The notes: generated by a model not told the origin, from the letters alone. A stretch of DNA of 64,000 bases from Bacillota bacterium (GCA_021324295.1 JAJPJJ010000099.1:51966-115965), one strand, 5' to 3'; counted from the stretch's first letter, positions 9,121 to 20,615 are shown. A program made the numbers and translations.

Positions 9121-9594
9121 CTACGGGACGCGGGGGCCCGCGACGGGCGCCCCGGCGTGATGGACGAGGTCGACGGACGCCTCCTGCAGCAGGCGCTCCG
9201 CCACGACATCGGGGTAGGGGACCTCGTAGACGACGCGGGTGATCCCGGCATTCACGACCATCTTGGCGCACGTGAGGCACGGCTGGTGGGTGCAGTAGAT
9301 CGTGGCGCCCGCGATGCCGACGCCGTGGTAGGCCGCCTGCACGATCGCGTTCTGCTCGGCGTGGAGACACAGGCAGGTATCGAGGGCGGTGCCGGAGGCG
9401 GCGTCGGACGCGCACCGGCCGCACCCGCCGTCCCCGCAGTTTCTCATCCCGCGCGGCGTGTCGTTGTACCCGGTGCTGAGCACCATCCGGTCCTTGACGA
9501 TGACGGCGCCGACGTGACGGCGCAGGCAGGTCGAGCGGGTGGCGGCGAGGTGCGCCAGGCTCATGAAGTACTCATCCCACGACGGACGCGGCAC
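9121..9594 (-). CDS. dCMP deaminase (ComEB-like cytidine/deoxycytidylate deaminase).
   Basis: Zinc-binding motifs HAEQNAI and CTHQPCLTCAKMVVNAGI. N-terminus VPRPSWDEYFMSLAHLAA, GTG start. Confidence 0.85.
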   Translation of the reverse strand: MPRPSWDEYFMSLAHLAATRSTCLRRHVGAVIVKDRMVLSTGYNDTPRGMRNCGDGGCGRCASDAASGTALDTCLCLHAEQNAIVQAAYHGVGIAGATIYCTHQPCLTCAKMVVNAGITRVVYEVPYPDVVAERLLQEASVDLVHHAGAPVAGPRVP

Positions 9595-9772
9595 CTCGGC
9601 CTCCTGTGTCTTTGCTCATCCCGTTGCAGCGCCTCGTCGGCCCGGCAACGGATCCCCGCCCCCTTCCTTCGGCGCCACCGCACATCGGCGACGAGACCGC
9701 GAGTGCTCCATCGGGCCGGTTCCGTGGCCCCACACCCCGCCGCACCTGGCACGGAACCCCTGCCCCGCTCGG

Positions 9773-10393
9773 CTAGCGCGTGCCGTAGAGCCGGTCTCCG
9801 GCATCGCCGAGGCCCGGGATGATATACCCGTGATCGTTGAGGCGCTCGTCCACCGCGGCGGCGTAGATCTCCACATCGGGATGGTGCTCCTGCACGCGCC
9901 GGATCCCTTCGGGCGCCGCGATCAGCACCATCAGGCGGATCGCCCGCGCGCCGCGCTGCTTGAGCAGCCCGATCGACTCCACCGCGGACCCGCCGGTCGC
10001 AAGCATCGGATCCACGATCAGCACCCGGCGCGCCCCGACATCCGGAGGGAGCTTGCAGTAGTAGGTGTGCGGCTGCAGCGTCTCCGGATCGCGGTAGATC
10101 CCGACGTGTCCGACGGCGGCCGTCGGCATCAGCCGCAGGATGCCCGCCTCCATCGCGAGGCCCGCCCGCAGGATCGGGACGATCGCCAGCTCTTCCCCGG
10201 CCAGCATCGCGCCGCGGGCGATCCCGACGGGCGTCGCCACCTCGATCGTGCGGAGCGGCAGGTCGCTCGTCGCCTCGAACGCCATCAGCATCGCGATCTC
10301 CTCGACGAGCTCGCGGAACTCCTTGTGCCCGGTGCGGGCGTCCCGCAGGATCGTCAACTTGTGCTGGATCAGCGGGTGGTCGAACACCCGCAC
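9773..10393 (-). CDS. upp: Uracil phosphoribosyltransferase.
   Basis: [45 protein letters not shown]...[19 protein letters not shown] start at about 10393, or 10402. Confidence 0.9.
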   Translation of the reverse strand: MRVFDHPLIQHKLTILRDARTGHKEFRELVEEIAMLMAFEATSDLPLRTIEVATPVGIARGAMLAGEELAIVPILRAGLAMEAGILRLMPTAAVGHVGIYRDPETLQPHTYYCKLPPDVGARRVLIVDPMLATGGSAVESIGLLKQRGARAIRLMVLIAAPEGIRRVQEHHPDVEIYAAAVDERLNDHGYIIPGLGDAGDRLYGTR

Positions 10394-10406
10394 GCCGCTC
10401 ACGGCC

Positions 10407-11663
10407 CTATCCGGCCACCTCCACGCGCTCCGGGTAGATCGGGAACGACGCGCACAGGTCGCGGACCTGGCCCCGGATGCGCGCGGCGACGGCCGCGTCA
10501 TCGGGCGCGCTCAGCACCTCGTCGATCCACCCCCCGATCACCCGCATCTCCGCGGGTCCCATGCCGCGCGTCGTCATCGCAGGGGTGCCGATGCGGATCC
10601 CGCTCGTCGTCATAGGCTTCTCCGGGTCGAAGGGGATCATGTTCTTGTTCACGATGATGTGGGCGTCCCCCAGCGCCCGTTCAGCCCGGCGGCCCGTCAA
10701 CCCCTTGCTGCGCACGTCCACGAGCATCAGGTGGTTGTCGGTGCCGCCGGAGACGACGTGGTACCCGCGCCGGAGAAACTCCGCGGCCAGCGCGCGGGCG
10801 TTCTCTACGATCCGCGCCGCGTACGCGCGGAACTGCGGGCTCATCGCCTCTTTGAAGCACACCGCCTTGGCGGCGATCACGTGCATCAACGGGCCTCCCT
10901 GAACCCCGGGGAACACCGCCTTGTCGATCTGCTGGGCGTACTCCGCACGGCAGAGGATCAGGCCCCCCCGGGGACCGCGGAGGGTCTTGTGCGTCGTCGA
11001 CGTCACGATATCGGCGTAGGGCACGGGGTCCGGGTGGACTTTGCCGGCCACGAGGCCGGCGAAGTGCGCCATGTCGACGATCATGACCGCCCCGACCTCG
11101 TCGCAGATCTCCCGGAGGCGGGGGAAATCGAACGTGCGCGGGTACGCGGTGGCGCCCGACACGATGACCCGCGGCCGGTGCGCGCGCGCGAGCCGGGCGA
11201 TCTCGTCGTAGTCGATCTGCTCCGTGTCCTGACGCACGCCGTAGGGGACGACGCGGTAGAGCTGGCCGGAGAAGTTCACCGGGCTGCCGTGGGTGAGGTG
11301 GCCGCCGTGCGCGAGGCTCATCGCGAGGATCGACTCCCCCGGCTTGATCACCGCGAAATACGCCGCCATGTTGGCCTGCGCGCCGGCGTGGGGCTGCACG
11401 TTGGCGTGCGCCGCGCCGAACAGCGCGCAAACGCGCTCGATCGCCAGCCGTTCGGCGACGTCGACGAACTCGCACCCGCCGTAGTACCGCCGGCCCGGGT
11501 AGCCCTCGGCGTACTTGTTGGTCATCACGCTGCCGAGCGCCTCCAGCACCGCGCGGCTCGCGTAGTTCTCCGACGCGATGAGATTGACGTAGTAGCGCTG
11601 TCGCTCGACGTCGTTGGCGATCGCCTCGGCGACCTCCGGATCCGTGCGCCGGAGCTCCTCCAC
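10407..11663 (-). CDS. glyA: Serine hydroxymethyltransferase.
   Basis: ...[41 protein letters not shown]...[21 protein letters not shown] at 11663 is preceded by GAGGAGA. Confidence 0.95.
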   Translation of the reverse strand: MEELRRTDPEVAEAIANDVERQRYYVNLIASENYASRAVLEALGSVMTNKYAEGYPGRRYYGGCEFVDVAERLAIERVCALFGAAHANVQPHAGAQANMAAYFAVIKPGESILAMSLAHGGHLTHGSPVNFSGQLYRVVPYGVRQDTEQIDYDEIARLARAHRPRVIVSGATAYPRTFDFPRLREICDEVGAVMIVDMAHFAGLVAGKVHPDPVPYADIVTSTTHKTLRGPRGGLILCRAEYAQQIDKAVFPGVQGGPLMHVIAAKAVCFKEAMSPQFRAYAARIVENARALAAEFLRRGYHVVSGGTDNHLMLVDVRSKGLTGRRAERALGDAHIIVNKNMIPFDPEKPMTTSGIRIGTPAMTTRGMGPAEMRVIGGWIDEVLSAPDDAAVAARIRGQVRDLCASFPIYPERVEVAG

Positions 11664-11746
11664 TCTCCTCGCCCCCTCTCGCGTGTGCCCGCGCCTCCGC
11701 CGGTCCCTGTCCACTTCCCCGCAGCCGGGGGGAACCCTCCCTGTGC

Positions 11747-12404
11747 TCAGGGGCCGCGCCCGGCGGGCGCGGCCACCTCGCCGAGCAGCTCGCGAAGCGC
11801 GCCGGCGGGAATCGCGCCTTCGCGCACGATGCTCGCCGGCGTCCGGGTCACGTCGACCACCGTCGACGGCCGCGCGATCGGACAGCGGCCACCGTCGAGG
11901 ATCACGTCGACCGCGGACCCCAGATCCAGCGCGACCTGCACCGCCGAGACGGGGCTGGGCATGCCGTGGGTGTTAGCGCTCGTACCGGTGATCGGCGCGC
12001 CGAGCGCGCGGCAGAGGCCGATGGCGATCGGAGCGTCGGGCTGGCGCGCGCCGATCGTGGCGCCGCCGCCTGTGAGCGCGGGCGGGAGGTGGGGGGCCCG
12101 GGGGCAGACGATCGTGAGCGCGCCCGGCCAGAAGCGCTCCGCGAGGCGCAGGGCCGCGGGCGGGATCTCGGCCGTGAGCATCCGCCACTGGTCGCGATCC
12201 GCCACGAGGACCGGCAGGGCCTCCCCGGGCGGACGCCGCTTCGCCGCGAAGACACGCGCGACCGCCGCCGCGTTGGCCGCCGCGGCGCCGAGCGCGTAGT
12301 AAGTGTCGGTGGGAAAGGCGACGAGCCCGCCGTCGAGGAGCGCTTGCACCGCCCGCCGCGGCACGTCCGGGCGCCGCGGATCAACGCCGATGATCTCCAT
12401 CATC
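11747..12404 (-). CDS. tsaC: L-threonylcarbamoyladenylate synthase (TsaC/YrdC/Sua5 family).
   Basis: [58 protein letters not shown]... Overlaps the prmC stop by about 24 nt. Confidence 0.85.
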
Positions 12405-13394
12405 CTCCCCCCGTGTCGCGACGACCACCCGCTCGATCCCCGCGTAGTCGCGGACGATCCACGGACCGCGCACGCCTTCCCGCCGCGGCGCGACAGCCGG
12501 GGCCCTCCTCTGAGAGGGCGGCCACCCCGCGTACGTGCCCGCCGCGGCGACGAGAGCGGCGACGACACGCGCCTGCCCGCCCGCCGCGACCTCGAGCGCC
12601 AGGAGCCCCCCGGGCCGCAGGTAGCGGGGCCCCTCCGCGATGACGCGGCGTAGGACGGCGAGGCCATCCGGGCCGCCATCCAGCGCGGCGCGGGGCTCGT
12701 GCTCCCGGATCTCCTCCGGCAGGCTCGCCAGCGCCGCTGTGGGGATGTAGGGAGGGTTGGAGACGATCGCGTCCACGCGTCCTTCGAGCCCCAGTGCGGC
12801 CAGCGGGTCGAGGGCGTCTCCCTCTCCCCACGCGATGCGGTCCGCGACGCCGTGGCGGACCGCGTTGAGACGGGCGACGGCCAGGGCCTCTGGCGACACA
12901 TCCGTCGCCACCACCCGCGCCCGGGGCAGCGCAAGGGCCAGGGCGATGGCGACCGCGCCGCTCCCGGTCCCGATGTCGGCGATCAGCGGGGCAGGGAGGC
13001 CGGACAGGCGCTCCCGCGCCACCTCCACGAGCCGCTCGGTCTCGGGGCGCGGGATCAGCACGCGCTCGTCCACGATGAAGTCCAGACCGAAGAACTCACG
13101 GTGTCCCACGAGGTACGCGGTCGGGGAGCCCGCCAGGCGCCGCTCGATCAGCGTCGCATACGCCGCGGCCGCATCCGGGGGAAGCGGGGCCCCGGGCCGG
13201 ACCAGCAGCTCCTCACGGCTCACGCCCGCAGCGTGGCGCAGCAGGACCTCGGCCTCGAGCCGCGCCTCCGCGGCCGCAAGCCCCCGTTGGCACAGCCGCC
13301 CCGCGCCCCAATCCCACGCGGCCTGCCGGGTACGCAGCGCCGCCCCGGCCGACGGGCCGGGGCGGCTGGTCCGGCTCGCAGCGCTGCCCCGCAC
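12381..13394 (-). CDS. prmC: Release factor glutamine N5-methyltransferase PrmC (HemK).
   Basis: C-terminal MTase with the NPPY motif: ...IADIGTGSGAVAIALALALP...VSNPPYIPTAAL... GTG at about 13394 is preceded by GAGGGG, 30 nt after the prfA stop. The remainder of the 564-aa track ORF is a frame artefact. Confidence 0.85.
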   Translation of the reverse strand: MRGSAASRTSRPGPSAGAALRTRQAAWDWGAGRLCQRGLAAAEARLEAEVLLRHAAGVSREELLVRPGAPLPPDAAAAYATLIERRLAGSPTAYLVGHREFFGLDFIVDERVLIPRPETERLVEVARERLSGLPAPLIADIGTGSGAVAIALALALPRARVVATDVSPEALAVARLNAVRHGVADRIAWGEGDALDPLAALGLEGRVDAIVSNPPYIPTAALASLPEEIREHEPRAALDGGPDGLAVLRRVIAEGPRYLRPGGLLALEVAAGGQARVVAALVAAAGTYAGWPPSQRRAPAVAPRREGVRGPWIVRDYAGIERVVVATRGEDDGDHRR

Positions 13395-13429
13395 GGTCAC
13401 CCCCTCGCGGTCTGCCGCCCCCCGCCGGC

Positions 13430-14512
13430 TCAGGATGAGGCCGAGGCGAGCGTCTCCAGCCGCTCGGACGCCGCGAGCGCGTCGATGAGCTCCTCGAGGT
13501 CGCCGTCCAGCACGCTCGGGAGGTCGTGCACGGTCTTGCCGATCCGGTGGTCGGTGACCCGATCCTGGGGGAAGTTGTACGTGCGGATCTTCTCGCTGCG
13601 CTCCCCGGTCCCGACCTGCCGGCGCCGAGCCTCCGCGATCTCCGCCCGTTGTTGCTCCACGGCCCGCTCGAGCAAGTGCGCGCGGAGGATCCGCATGGCC
13701 TTCTCCCGGTTCTGATGCTGCGATCGCTCGTCCTGGCACGCGATCACGATCCCCGTCGGCAGGTGAGTGACCCGCACCGCGGTCTCGACCTTGTTGACGT
13801 TCTGGCCGCCGGCGCTCCCCGCCCGGTACGTATCGATCCGGAGCTCGTCGGGCCGGATCACGACATCGACCTCCTCGGCCTCGGGGAGGACGGCGACGGT
13901 GGCCGTCGAGGTGTGGATCCGCCCGCTGGACTCGGTCGCCGGCACGCGCTGGACCCGGTGCACACCGCTCTCGTACTTCAGCCGGCTGTACGCCCCGCGG
14001 CCCTGGATGCTCGTGATGATTTCCTTGAAGCCGCCGAGGCCGGTGGGGCTGCTGGAGAGCACCTCGGACCTCCACCCGTGACGCTCCGCATAGCGCGCGT
14101 ACATCCGGAACAGATCCCCGGCGAACAGCGCCGCCTCGTCCCCCCCGGCGCCGGCCCGGATCTCGATGATGACGTTCCGGTCGTCGCGCGGATCGCGGGG
14201 CAGCAGCAGCGTCTCGATCGTTCGCTCAAGCGAGGCCTGCCGCGCGGCGAGATGAGCCCTCTCGGCCTCCGCGAGCGCCCGCATCTCCGCGTCCGCCTCG
14301 GTCCGCGCGAGCTGGGCCGCCTCCTCCGCCTCCCGGGATACGCGGCGGTACTCGTCGTACGCGGTCATGATCTCCCGCAGCGCCGCGTGCTCCCGGGCGA
14401 CCGCCTGGTAGTGGGCGGGATCGCCGAAGATGCCGGGATCGGCCAGCGCCCGGGTCAGGTCCGCGTAGCGGGCCTCGATCGCCTCCAGCCTGTTCGACAC
14501 CTCTGCGCGCAC
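13430..14512 (-). CDS. prfA: Peptide chain release factor 1.
   Basis: GGQ motif: [30 protein letters not shown]-terminus [22 protein letters not shown] at 14512 is preceded by GGAGGAG. Confidence 0.95.
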   Translation of the reverse strand: MRAEVSNRLEAIEARYADLTRALADPGIFGDPAHYQAVAREHAALREIMTAYDEYRRVSREAEEAAQLARTEADAEMRALAEAERAHLAARQASLERTIETLLLPRDPRDDRNVIIEIRAGAGGDEAALFAGDLFRMYARYAERHGWRSEVLSSSPTGLGGFKEIITSIQGRGAYSRLKYESGVHRVQRVPATESSGRIHTSTATVAVLPEAEEVDVVIRPDELRIDTYRAGSAGGQNVNKVETAVRVTHLPTGIVIACQDERSQHQNREKAMRILRAHLLERAVEQQRAEIAEARRRQVGTGERSEKIRTYNFPQDRVTDHRIGKTVHDLPSVLDGDLEELIDALAASERLETLASASS

Positions 14513-14526
14513 GCGCGTCTCCTCCT

Positions 14527-14541
14527 CGTTGCCGCTCCCAT
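14527..14541 (-). promoter_or_regulatory. Extended -10 promoter TGCTATAAT (minus strand) immediately upstream of prfA.
   Basis: Plus-strand cccATTATAGCAtcg. The identical 9-mer occurs at 9078 and 14932. Confidence 0.55.
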
Positions 14542-14597
14542 TATAGCATCGCCCGGCGGAACGCGAGACCGGCGGCGAGGACGCATGCGGCGGAAAG

Positions 14598-14630
14598 CGA
14601 TCCGGCGGCACCGGTGACCCGGTGCCGCCG
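14598..14630 (-). terminator. Perfect GC hairpin (CCGGCGGCACCGG-TGAC-CCGGTGCCGCCGG) downstream of rpmE; candidate intrinsic terminator without a U tract.
   Basis: 13-bp perfect inverted repeat with a 4-nt loop, lying between the rpmE stop at 14659 and the prfA promoter. Confidence 0.5.
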
Positions 14631-14658
14631 GGGATGCAGGCGGAAGCCGACGCGGCGG

Positions 14659-14862
14659 TTACAGCTGCAGGCCGTACTTCCGAGCAAACTTTTGCACCCG
14701 TCCCTCGGAGTCGACGAACTTCCGCTGGCCCGTGTAGAACGGGTGGCACTTCGAGCAGATCTCCACCCGGATGTTCTCTCGCGTGGAGCCCGTGACGAAC
14801 GTCTCCCCGCAGGCGCACGTCACCGTCGTCTGCCGGTACTGCGGATGAATGTCCTTCTTCAT
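14659..14862 (-). CDS. rpmE: 50S ribosomal protein L31.
   Basis: [64 protein letters not shown] (67 aa). ATG at 14862. Confidence 0.9.
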   Translation of the reverse strand: MKKDIHPQYRQTTVTCACGETFVTGSTRENIRVEICSKCHPFYTGQRKFVDSEGRVQKFARKYGLQL

Positions 14863-14931
14863 CGCAACGGCTCCTGTGCGTGCCGCCGTGGGGTCAGGAC
14901 GCGCCCGCATCGGCGGGCGGCAGGCACGGGG

Positions 14932-14946
14932 CGTATTATAGCACGC
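14932..14946 (-). promoter_or_regulatory. Extended -10 promoter TGCTATAAT (minus strand), about 70 nt upstream of rpmE, inside a short palindrome GGCGT...ACGCC.
   Basis: Plus-strand ggcgtATTATAGCAcgcc. Confidence 0.55.
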
Positions 14947-14969
14947 CCCGGCGCGGCGCGCAACGACGG

Positions 14970-16229
14970 TCAACTCTCCTCCTCGCTGCTCTTGATGATC
15001 GACCGCAGGAACGCGGCGTTGTTGGGGGTCTTGCGCAGCCGATCCAGGATCAGCTCGGTCATCGCCACGGTATCGAGGGACTCGAGGCTCTTGCGGAGGA
15101 CCCACACCTTGCGAAGCTCCTCCTCCGTGAGCAGCAGCTCTTCCCGTCTCGTGCCGGAGGCCTTGATATCGATCGCCGGGAACGTCCGGCGCTCCTGGAG
15201 CTTCCGGTTGAGGTGCAGCTCCATGTTGCCGGTCCCCTTGAATTCCTCGTAGATCACATCGTCCATCCGGCTCCCGGTATCGATGAGGGTGGTCGCGACG
15301 ATGGTGATGCTGCCGCCCTCCTCGATCTTCCGGGCGGCGCCGAAGAACCGCTTGGGCCGGTGCAGCGCCGCCGGGTCGAGCCCGCCGGACAGCGTGCGCC
15401 CGCTCGGCGGGATCACGAGGTTGTTGGCGCGGGAGAACCGGGTCAGGCTGTCCAGCAGGACGACGACGTCGCGGCCGCCCTCGACGAGCCGCTTGGCCCG
15501 CTCGAGCACGAGGTCGGCAACCTGTACATGCTCCTCCGGCGGCCGGTCGAACGTGGAGGCCACCACCTCTGCCTCGACCGACCGGCGCATGTCGGTGACC
15601 TCCTCCGGCCGTTCGTCGAGGAGGAGCACCATCAGGTACACCTCCTGGTGATTCTGGACGACGCTCTGGCCGATCTTCTTCAGCAGGGTCGTCTTGCCGG
15701 CCTTGGGCGGGGACACGATCATCGCGCGCTGCCCCTTGCCGATCGGGGCGAACAAGTCCACCACCCGCACGGTGAGGTCGCTCTGGGGCAGCTCCAGCTT
15801 GAGCCGCTCGTGCGGGAACACGGGGGTGAGCTTCTCGAAGTCGGGTCGGCTGCGGGCCTGCTCCGGGTCGAGGCCGTTCACCGCCTCGACCCGGAGCAGC
15901 GCATAGTACTTCTCGTTGTCCTTGGGCGCCCGGACCTGCCCGAGGACCTCGTCGCCGACGCGCAATCCAAACCGCTTGATCTGCGAGGGCGACACGTAGA
16001 TGTCCTCGCCGCCGGGCAGGTACCCGCTCGTGCGGAGGAAGCCGTACCCTTCCTGCATGATCTCGAGAATGCCCGAGCGGAACATCAACCCGCTCTGCTC
16101 TGTCTGCGCCTGTAAGATCTTCATGATCAGCTCCTGTTTGCGATACCGCCGGAAATTGGGGATGTTCAGGTCTTTGGCCAGGTCTTGCAGCTCGTTCAGG
16201 CTCTTGGTCTCAAGCTCAGCGATCGCCAC
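14970..16229 (-). CDS. rho: Transcription termination factor Rho.
   Basis: 419 aa with Walker A in the RecA-like domain: ...[33 protein letters not shown]... GTG at 16229 is preceded by GGAGGTG. Confidence 0.95.
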   Translation of the reverse strand: MAIAELETKSLNELQDLAKDLNIPNFRRYRKQELIMKILQAQTEQSGLMFRSGILEIMQEGYGFLRTSGYLPGGEDIYVSPSQIKRFGLRVGDEVLGQVRAPKDNEKYYALLRVEAVNGLDPEQARSRPDFEKLTPVFPHERLKLELPQSDLTVRVVDLFAPIGKGQRAMIVSPPKAGKTTLLKKIGQSVVQNHQEVYLMVLLLDERPEEVTDMRRSVEAEVVASTFDRPPEEHVQVADLVLERAKRLVEGGRDVVVLLDSLTRFSRANNLVIPPSGRTLSGGLDPAALHRPKRFFGAARKIEEGGSITIVATTLIDTGSRMDDVIYEEFKGTGNMELHLNRKLQERRTFPAIDIKASGTRREELLLTEEELRKVWVLRKSLESLDTVAMTELILDRLRKTPNNAAFLRSIIKSSEEES

Positions 16230-16257
16230 GCCGTGCCACCTCCACTGCGCCTCCTGG

Positions 16258-16292
16258 CCGGCCGGTCCGCCGGCCGCGGCGCAGGGCGCAGG
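16258..16292 (-). terminator. GC-rich hairpin (GGCCGGCCGG-tccg-CCGGCCG...) just downstream of the SLH-protein gene; candidate terminator.
   Basis: Inverted repeat seen between the SLH gene stop (16296) and the rho start. Confidence 0.35.
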
Positions 16293-16295
16293 GCC

Positions 16296-17550
16296 TCACG
16301 GGCCCTTCGCCTCGATGTACCCGGCCCGGCCGCGCGGCCCGGTCAGCAGCAGCAGCACCTGATCGTTGGGCCGGAGGTCTTTCACCGACGCTGCCTTGTC
16401 GTTCTTGTACACCGCCACGCCGGGCGTGAGCGCGTAGCTCGTGACCGCCTTGGACGCGCTGCTCACCGTGATGTTGCCGTCTCCGACGTTGACGAGCGTC
16501 CCCTTCACGTAGTTGAACTTGCCGAGCGCATCCATCACCACGGCCAGGGCGCCGGCGGCCTCGGCCCGCGTCGTCGGGGCGTTCGGCCGGAAGGTCCCGT
16601 CCGGGAAGGGCAGCATGACCTTCTGATCTACCGCGACCGCGACGTACCCGTGTAGCGGGGGCGGCACCTCCGCAGCGTCCTTGATCGAGAGGGGCGCGGA
16701 TGCCTTCTGCGTCGCCTCCCCCTGGCGACCCATCGCCCGCACCAGCAGCGCCGCGAACTCCGCGCGGCTGACCGTGGCGTTCGGCCGGAAGGTGTTGTCC
16801 GGAAACGTCGTCAGCAGGCCCTTCTGGAAGTCGAGGCTCACCGTCACCACGTTGTCCTTGGCCGTGGAGACGGCGGTGATCTGGTACGTCCCCGGGGGCA
16901 CGAGCCGGTTGTCCTGATCCTTCTGCAGCCAGCGCGTCGTATAGACGAACGACCGGCCGGGCGCCAGCAGCAGGTCGAGGTTGCCCTGGACGAACGTCTG
17001 GCCGAGCGACCACCGGGCGACCTCGGTCTCCCCCCGCTTGATGATGAAATCGAACTGCTCCGTCGTCGGGAAGGTAAACTTGGCGTCTTGCTTGCCCGTA
17101 TTGGTGATCGTGAACGTCAGGTCCACCGGATCGTCGATGCCGTATACCGCCTTGTCGGTCGTGAGCGTGTAGGTGAGGTCGCCCTTCTTGACCTCCGCCC
17201 GCTGCTGCGTCGCCGCGCCCGTGTTGAGCAGCGCGGCGATCGCGGGCCGGACGTCCTCCGGAATCTCGGCGAGGTCCTTGTAGTTGGGGATCGAGCCGGA
17301 GCCCTTGACGTCCAACCCGCGCGCCAGGGCCGCGACGGCCGCGAGGCGCGTCACCGGCTGGTCGGGCTTGAACGTCCCGTCCGGGAAGCCGGAGACGATG
17401 CCCGTGACCGCGAGCTTCTCGATCGCCTTCTGATACGCGCTGCCCTGAATGTCGGAGAACAGCGCTGCGGCGGCCGGCGCGACCGCGACGGCCACCGCGG
17501 CGCCCAGCGCCGCAACGAGGGCGAGGATCGCCCGGAGCTGTCGTCTCATG
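16296..17550 (-). CDS. Secreted cell-surface protein with three SLH (S-layer homology) domains and a central BsuPI-type proteinase-inhibitor domain.
   Basis: Signal peptide MRRQLRAILALVAALGAAVAVAVAPAAA. SLH repeats FSDIQGSAYQKAIEKLAVTGIVSGFPDGTFKPDQPVTR, FPDNTFRPNATVSRAEFAALLVRAM and FPDGTFRPNAPTTRAEAAGALAVVM. BsuPI-like block TFTITNTGKQDAKFTFPTTEQFDFIIKRGETEVARWSLGQTF. ATG at 17550 is preceded by GGAGG. Confidence 0.85.
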
Positions 17551-17941
17551 CAGATGACCTCCTCGGTTGTCCCGCCCGCCGGCGGAGCCTCGCCACGGAG
17601 GCATGCCCGCGACGGGCCGCCGCCCCCGCGTCCCACCGCGTCGCGCCGCGCTGTCGCCGCTACGCTCCGGCCCGGTACGCTGGATGGAGAACGCGGGAAG
17701 ACATCACCGGTTGGAGATGTCAGCACAGGTGGGCCGGACGTACGCTCGGGGCCCCCGCCTCTTCAGCAGCCGCCCCCCGTGGAGCTGTCCGGGCCGGGCT
17801 GGACCGTCGTGCCCAATGCGGGATGGGTCATGAACCTTGCGCGCCGTATTCGCCAGAGCGCCCTCTTCTCCTCCTCCGACCGTGCTATTTATTTTCCCCC
17901 GCTGGCCGAGCCTACGCCTGCCGGGAACCCGGGTGGCGCGC
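17551..17941 (-). promoter_or_regulatory. 390-bp non-coding region upstream of the SLH-protein gene; likely promoter plus a long 5' leader. Contains an AT-rich patch (plus strand TGCTATTTATTTT at about 17884-17896) and a purine-rich run.
   Basis: No credible ORF here; the two track ORFs have low-complexity products. S-layer genes commonly have long structured leaders. Confidence 0.3.
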
Positions 17942-19615
17942 CTACATCCGCTCCACCGCCGCGACACCGAGGAGGTCGAGCGTGTTCCGCAGCACCCGGC
18001 GCGCGGCGTCCACGAGCACGAGCCGGGCCGCGGTCAGGTCGCGGTCCTCCGTCAGGACCCGGCACTGCCCGTAGAAGACGTGGAAGGTCTCGGCGAGCTC
18101 CCTGGCATAGGCGCAGAGGCGCTGCGGCTCTCGGCGCACGCCCGCGGCATGGACGACCTCGGGGAGGGCAACCACACGACGGGCGAGCGCCCACTCCTCG
18201 GGCGTTCGCAGCAGCGTGAGGTCCGCCCTCTCCGCGTCCGGCTGGGGGACGCCAAGCCGCTGCGCCTCGCGCAGGATGCTGCAGATCCGCGCGTGGGCGT
18301 ACTGCACGTAGTACACCGGGTTCTCCGCAGACTGCCGGCGGGCCAGCGCCAAATCGAAGTCCATCGGCACCGCCGGGTTCGTCGCGACGAAGAAGAACCG
18401 GGCCGCGTCGCGCCCCACCGCGTCGACGAGCTCGCGCAGCGTGACGAACTCCCCGCTGCGCTTGCTCATGCGGACCGCCTCGCCCTCGTTGCGCAGCCGC
18501 ACGTGCTGGTAGAGCACGACCTCGAACGTCGACGGGTCGTGGCCGAGCGCTTCCAGTGCTCCGCGCAGCCGGGCGACGTCCCCGACGTGGTCCATCCCCC
18601 ACACGTCGATGAGGTGGTCGAACCCCCGCGCGTACTTGTTCAGATGGTACGGGATGTCGGCGGCGAAGTACGTCGGCCGCCCGTCGCTGCGCACGATCAC
18701 GCGGTCCTTGTCGTCCCCGAAGCGCGTCGCGCGAAACCACAGCGCTCCGTCCTGCTCGTAGAGCAAGTCGCGGCGGCGCAGCTCCTCGATGCAGCGCTGC
18801 ACCGCCCCGCTCTCGTGCAGCGTACGCTCGCTGAACCACACGTCGAAGACGATCCCGAACGCCTCCAGCGTCGACCGGATCTCGTCCTGCATCATTCGCA
18901 GCGACAGCTCCTCGATGCGCGCGAGGCGCTGCGCGGGCTCCAGCTCGAGCAGCCCGGCGCCGTCCGTCTCCTGGATGCGGCGGGCGATCTCGCGGACGTA
19001 GTCGCCCTGGTACCCGTCCGCGGGAAACTCCGCGGGACGTCCGAGCAGCTCCAGGTACCGCGCGTCCACCGAGCGCGCGAGCGTCTCGACCTGGGCGCCG
19101 CAGTCGTTCACGTAGTACTCGCGGGACACGCGATACCCGAGCGCCTCGAGGAGGCGGGCCACCGTCTCGCCGACGGCGCCGTTCCGCCCGGCCCCCACGT
19201 GCAGCGGCCCGGTGGGGTTGGCGCTGACGTACTCCACCAGCACGCGCCGGCCGCCGCCGAGATCGGTGTGCCCGAACCGGCGATCCTCCGCATGCACGGA
19301 CCGCAGCCAGCGGTGCACGAACGCGGGCGCAAGCCGGAGGTTGAGGAAGCCGGGCCCGGCGATCGTGGCACCCTGGAGAACGTCGGCCGGCGCCCGGAGA
19401 TTCCGCACGATGGCGTCGCCGACCGTCCGCGGCGGCCGTCCCAGGATGGGGGCGAGCACGAGCGCGATGTTTGCGGCGTAGTCGCCGTGCCGGGGATCGC
19501 GTGGAGGCTCGACCTCGAACGCGGGCAAGGGGTCCGGCAGGGTCGGCAGCGCGCCCGCCTGAGCCGCCCGACGGGCCGCGTCCTCGAGCACGCGTCGCAG
19601 TTCTCGGGTAATCAC
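17942..19615 (-). CDS. argS: Arginine--tRNA ligase.
   Basis: 557 aa with the class I HIGH motif (ANPTGPLHVGAGRNG) and a KMSKS-like motif (MSKRSGEFVTL). Confidence 0.95.
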   Translation of the reverse strand: MITRELRRVLEDAARRAAQAGALPTLPDPLPAFEVEPPRDPRHGDYAANIALVLAPILGRPPRTVGDAIVRNLRAPADVLQGATIAGPGFLNLRLAPAFVHRWLRSVHAEDRRFGHTDLGGGRRVLVEYVSANPTGPLHVGAGRNGAVGETVARLLEALGYRVSREYYVNDCGAQVETLARSVDARYLELLGRPAEFPADGYQGDYVREIARRIQETDGAGLLELEPAQRLARIEELSLRMMQDEIRSTLEAFGIVFDVWFSERTLHESGAVQRCIEELRRRDLLYEQDGALWFRATRFGDDKDRVIVRSDGRPTYFAADIPYHLNKYARGFDHLIDVWGMDHVGDVARLRGALEALGHDPSTFEVVLYQHVRLRNEGEAVRMSKRSGEFVTLRELVDAVGRDAARFFFVATNPAVPMDFDLALARRQSAENPVYYVQYAHARICSILREAQRLGVPQPDAERADLTLLRTPEEWALARRVVALPEVVHAAGVRREPQRLCAYARELAETFHVFYGQCRVLTEDRDLTAARLVLVDAARRVLRNTLDLLGVAAVERM

Positions 19616-19636
19616 CGAAGGCGTGGCACGCCGGCG

Positions 19637-20608
19637 TCACTGGAGCCGGACGACGCCGACCTGCGCAAGGTCGTGCACGTGGATCGTGTCGACGAAGCGA
19701 ATGTGCCCCTGGGCGGCCGTCATCACAAGGGAGTGTGTGCGGATCCCGCCGCCGAAGAACCGGACGCCCCGAAAGAGGTCCCCATCGGTGATCCCGGTGG
19801 CGGCGAACACGAGGCGGGTCCCGCGCACCAGCTCCGCGGTTCGGAAGATCCGGTCTGGATCGCTGATCCCCATCTCCCGCGCGCGCTGCCGCTCCGCGTC
19901 GTTGCGGTACCAGAATCGCGCCTGGATCTCCCCCCCGAGGCACCGCAGGGCCGCCGCCGCGAGCACACCCTCCGGGGCGCCGCCGATGCCCATCACCGCG
20001 TGCACGCCGGGGCCGGAGACCGCGGCGGAGATCGCCGGCGCGACGTCGCCGTCCGAGATGAGCTTGATCCGTGCGCCGGCCCGCCGGACCGCGGCGATCA
20101 GGTCGGCGTGCCGCGGCCGGTCCAGGATCACGACCGTGATCTCGGAGATCTTCCGGCGAAGGCTGTGGGCCAGCACCTGGAGGTTTCGCTCCGGAGTCCA
20201 CCGCAGGTCGACCTTGCCGGCCGCCTGCGGCGGCACGATGAGCTTCTCCATGTAGATGTCGGGCGCGTGCAGGATGCCACCACGCTCGCTCACCGCCAAC
20301 AGCGCGATCGCGTTGGGCAGGCCCTTGGCGACCAGGTTGGTCCCCTCGACCGGGTCCACCGCGATGTCGACGGCGAATCCGTCCCCGTTCCCGACCTCCT
20401 CCCCGATGTAGAGCATCGGGGCCTCGTCCCGCTCGCCCTCTCCGATCACGACCCGACCGCGGATCGCGAGGCCGGACAGCGCCTCGCGCATCGCGGTCAC
20501 GGCCGCCTGGTCCGCCCGCTCGCCGTCGCCCTCGCCCATGTGGCGCGCGGCCGCGATCGCGGCGGCCTCGGTGACTTTGACGATATCGAGCGCTAGGTTG
20601 TGTTCCAT
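19637..20608 (-). CDS. glpX: Fructose-1,6-bisphosphatase class II (GlpX).
   Basis: [44 protein letters not shown]... is the typical GlpX N-terminus. ATG at 20608. Confidence 0.9.
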   Translation of the reverse strand: MEHNLALDIVKVTEAAAIAAARHMGEGDGERADQAAVTAMREALSGLAIRGRVVIGEGERDEAPMLYIGEEVGNGDGFAVDIAVDPVEGTNLVAKGLPNAIALLAVSERGGILHAPDIYMEKLIVPPQAAGKVDLRWTPERNLQVLAHSLRRKISEITVVILDRPRHADLIAAVRRAGARIKLISDGDVAPAISAAVSGPGVHAVMGIGGAPEGVLAAAALRCLGGEIQARFWYRNDAERQRAREMGISDPDRIFRTAELVRGTRLVFAATGITDGDLFRGVRFFGGGIRTHSLVMTAAQGHIRFVDTIHVHDLAQVGVVRLQ

Positions 20609-20615
20609 CGGCGCG

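Noticed and set aside
17837-20596. 919-aa plus-strand ORF and 770-aa minus ORF (17889..20201) across argS/glpX.
   Set aside because: They are antisense or off-frame to the confidently identified argS and glpX. Their composition is dominated by R/G/P/A/D.
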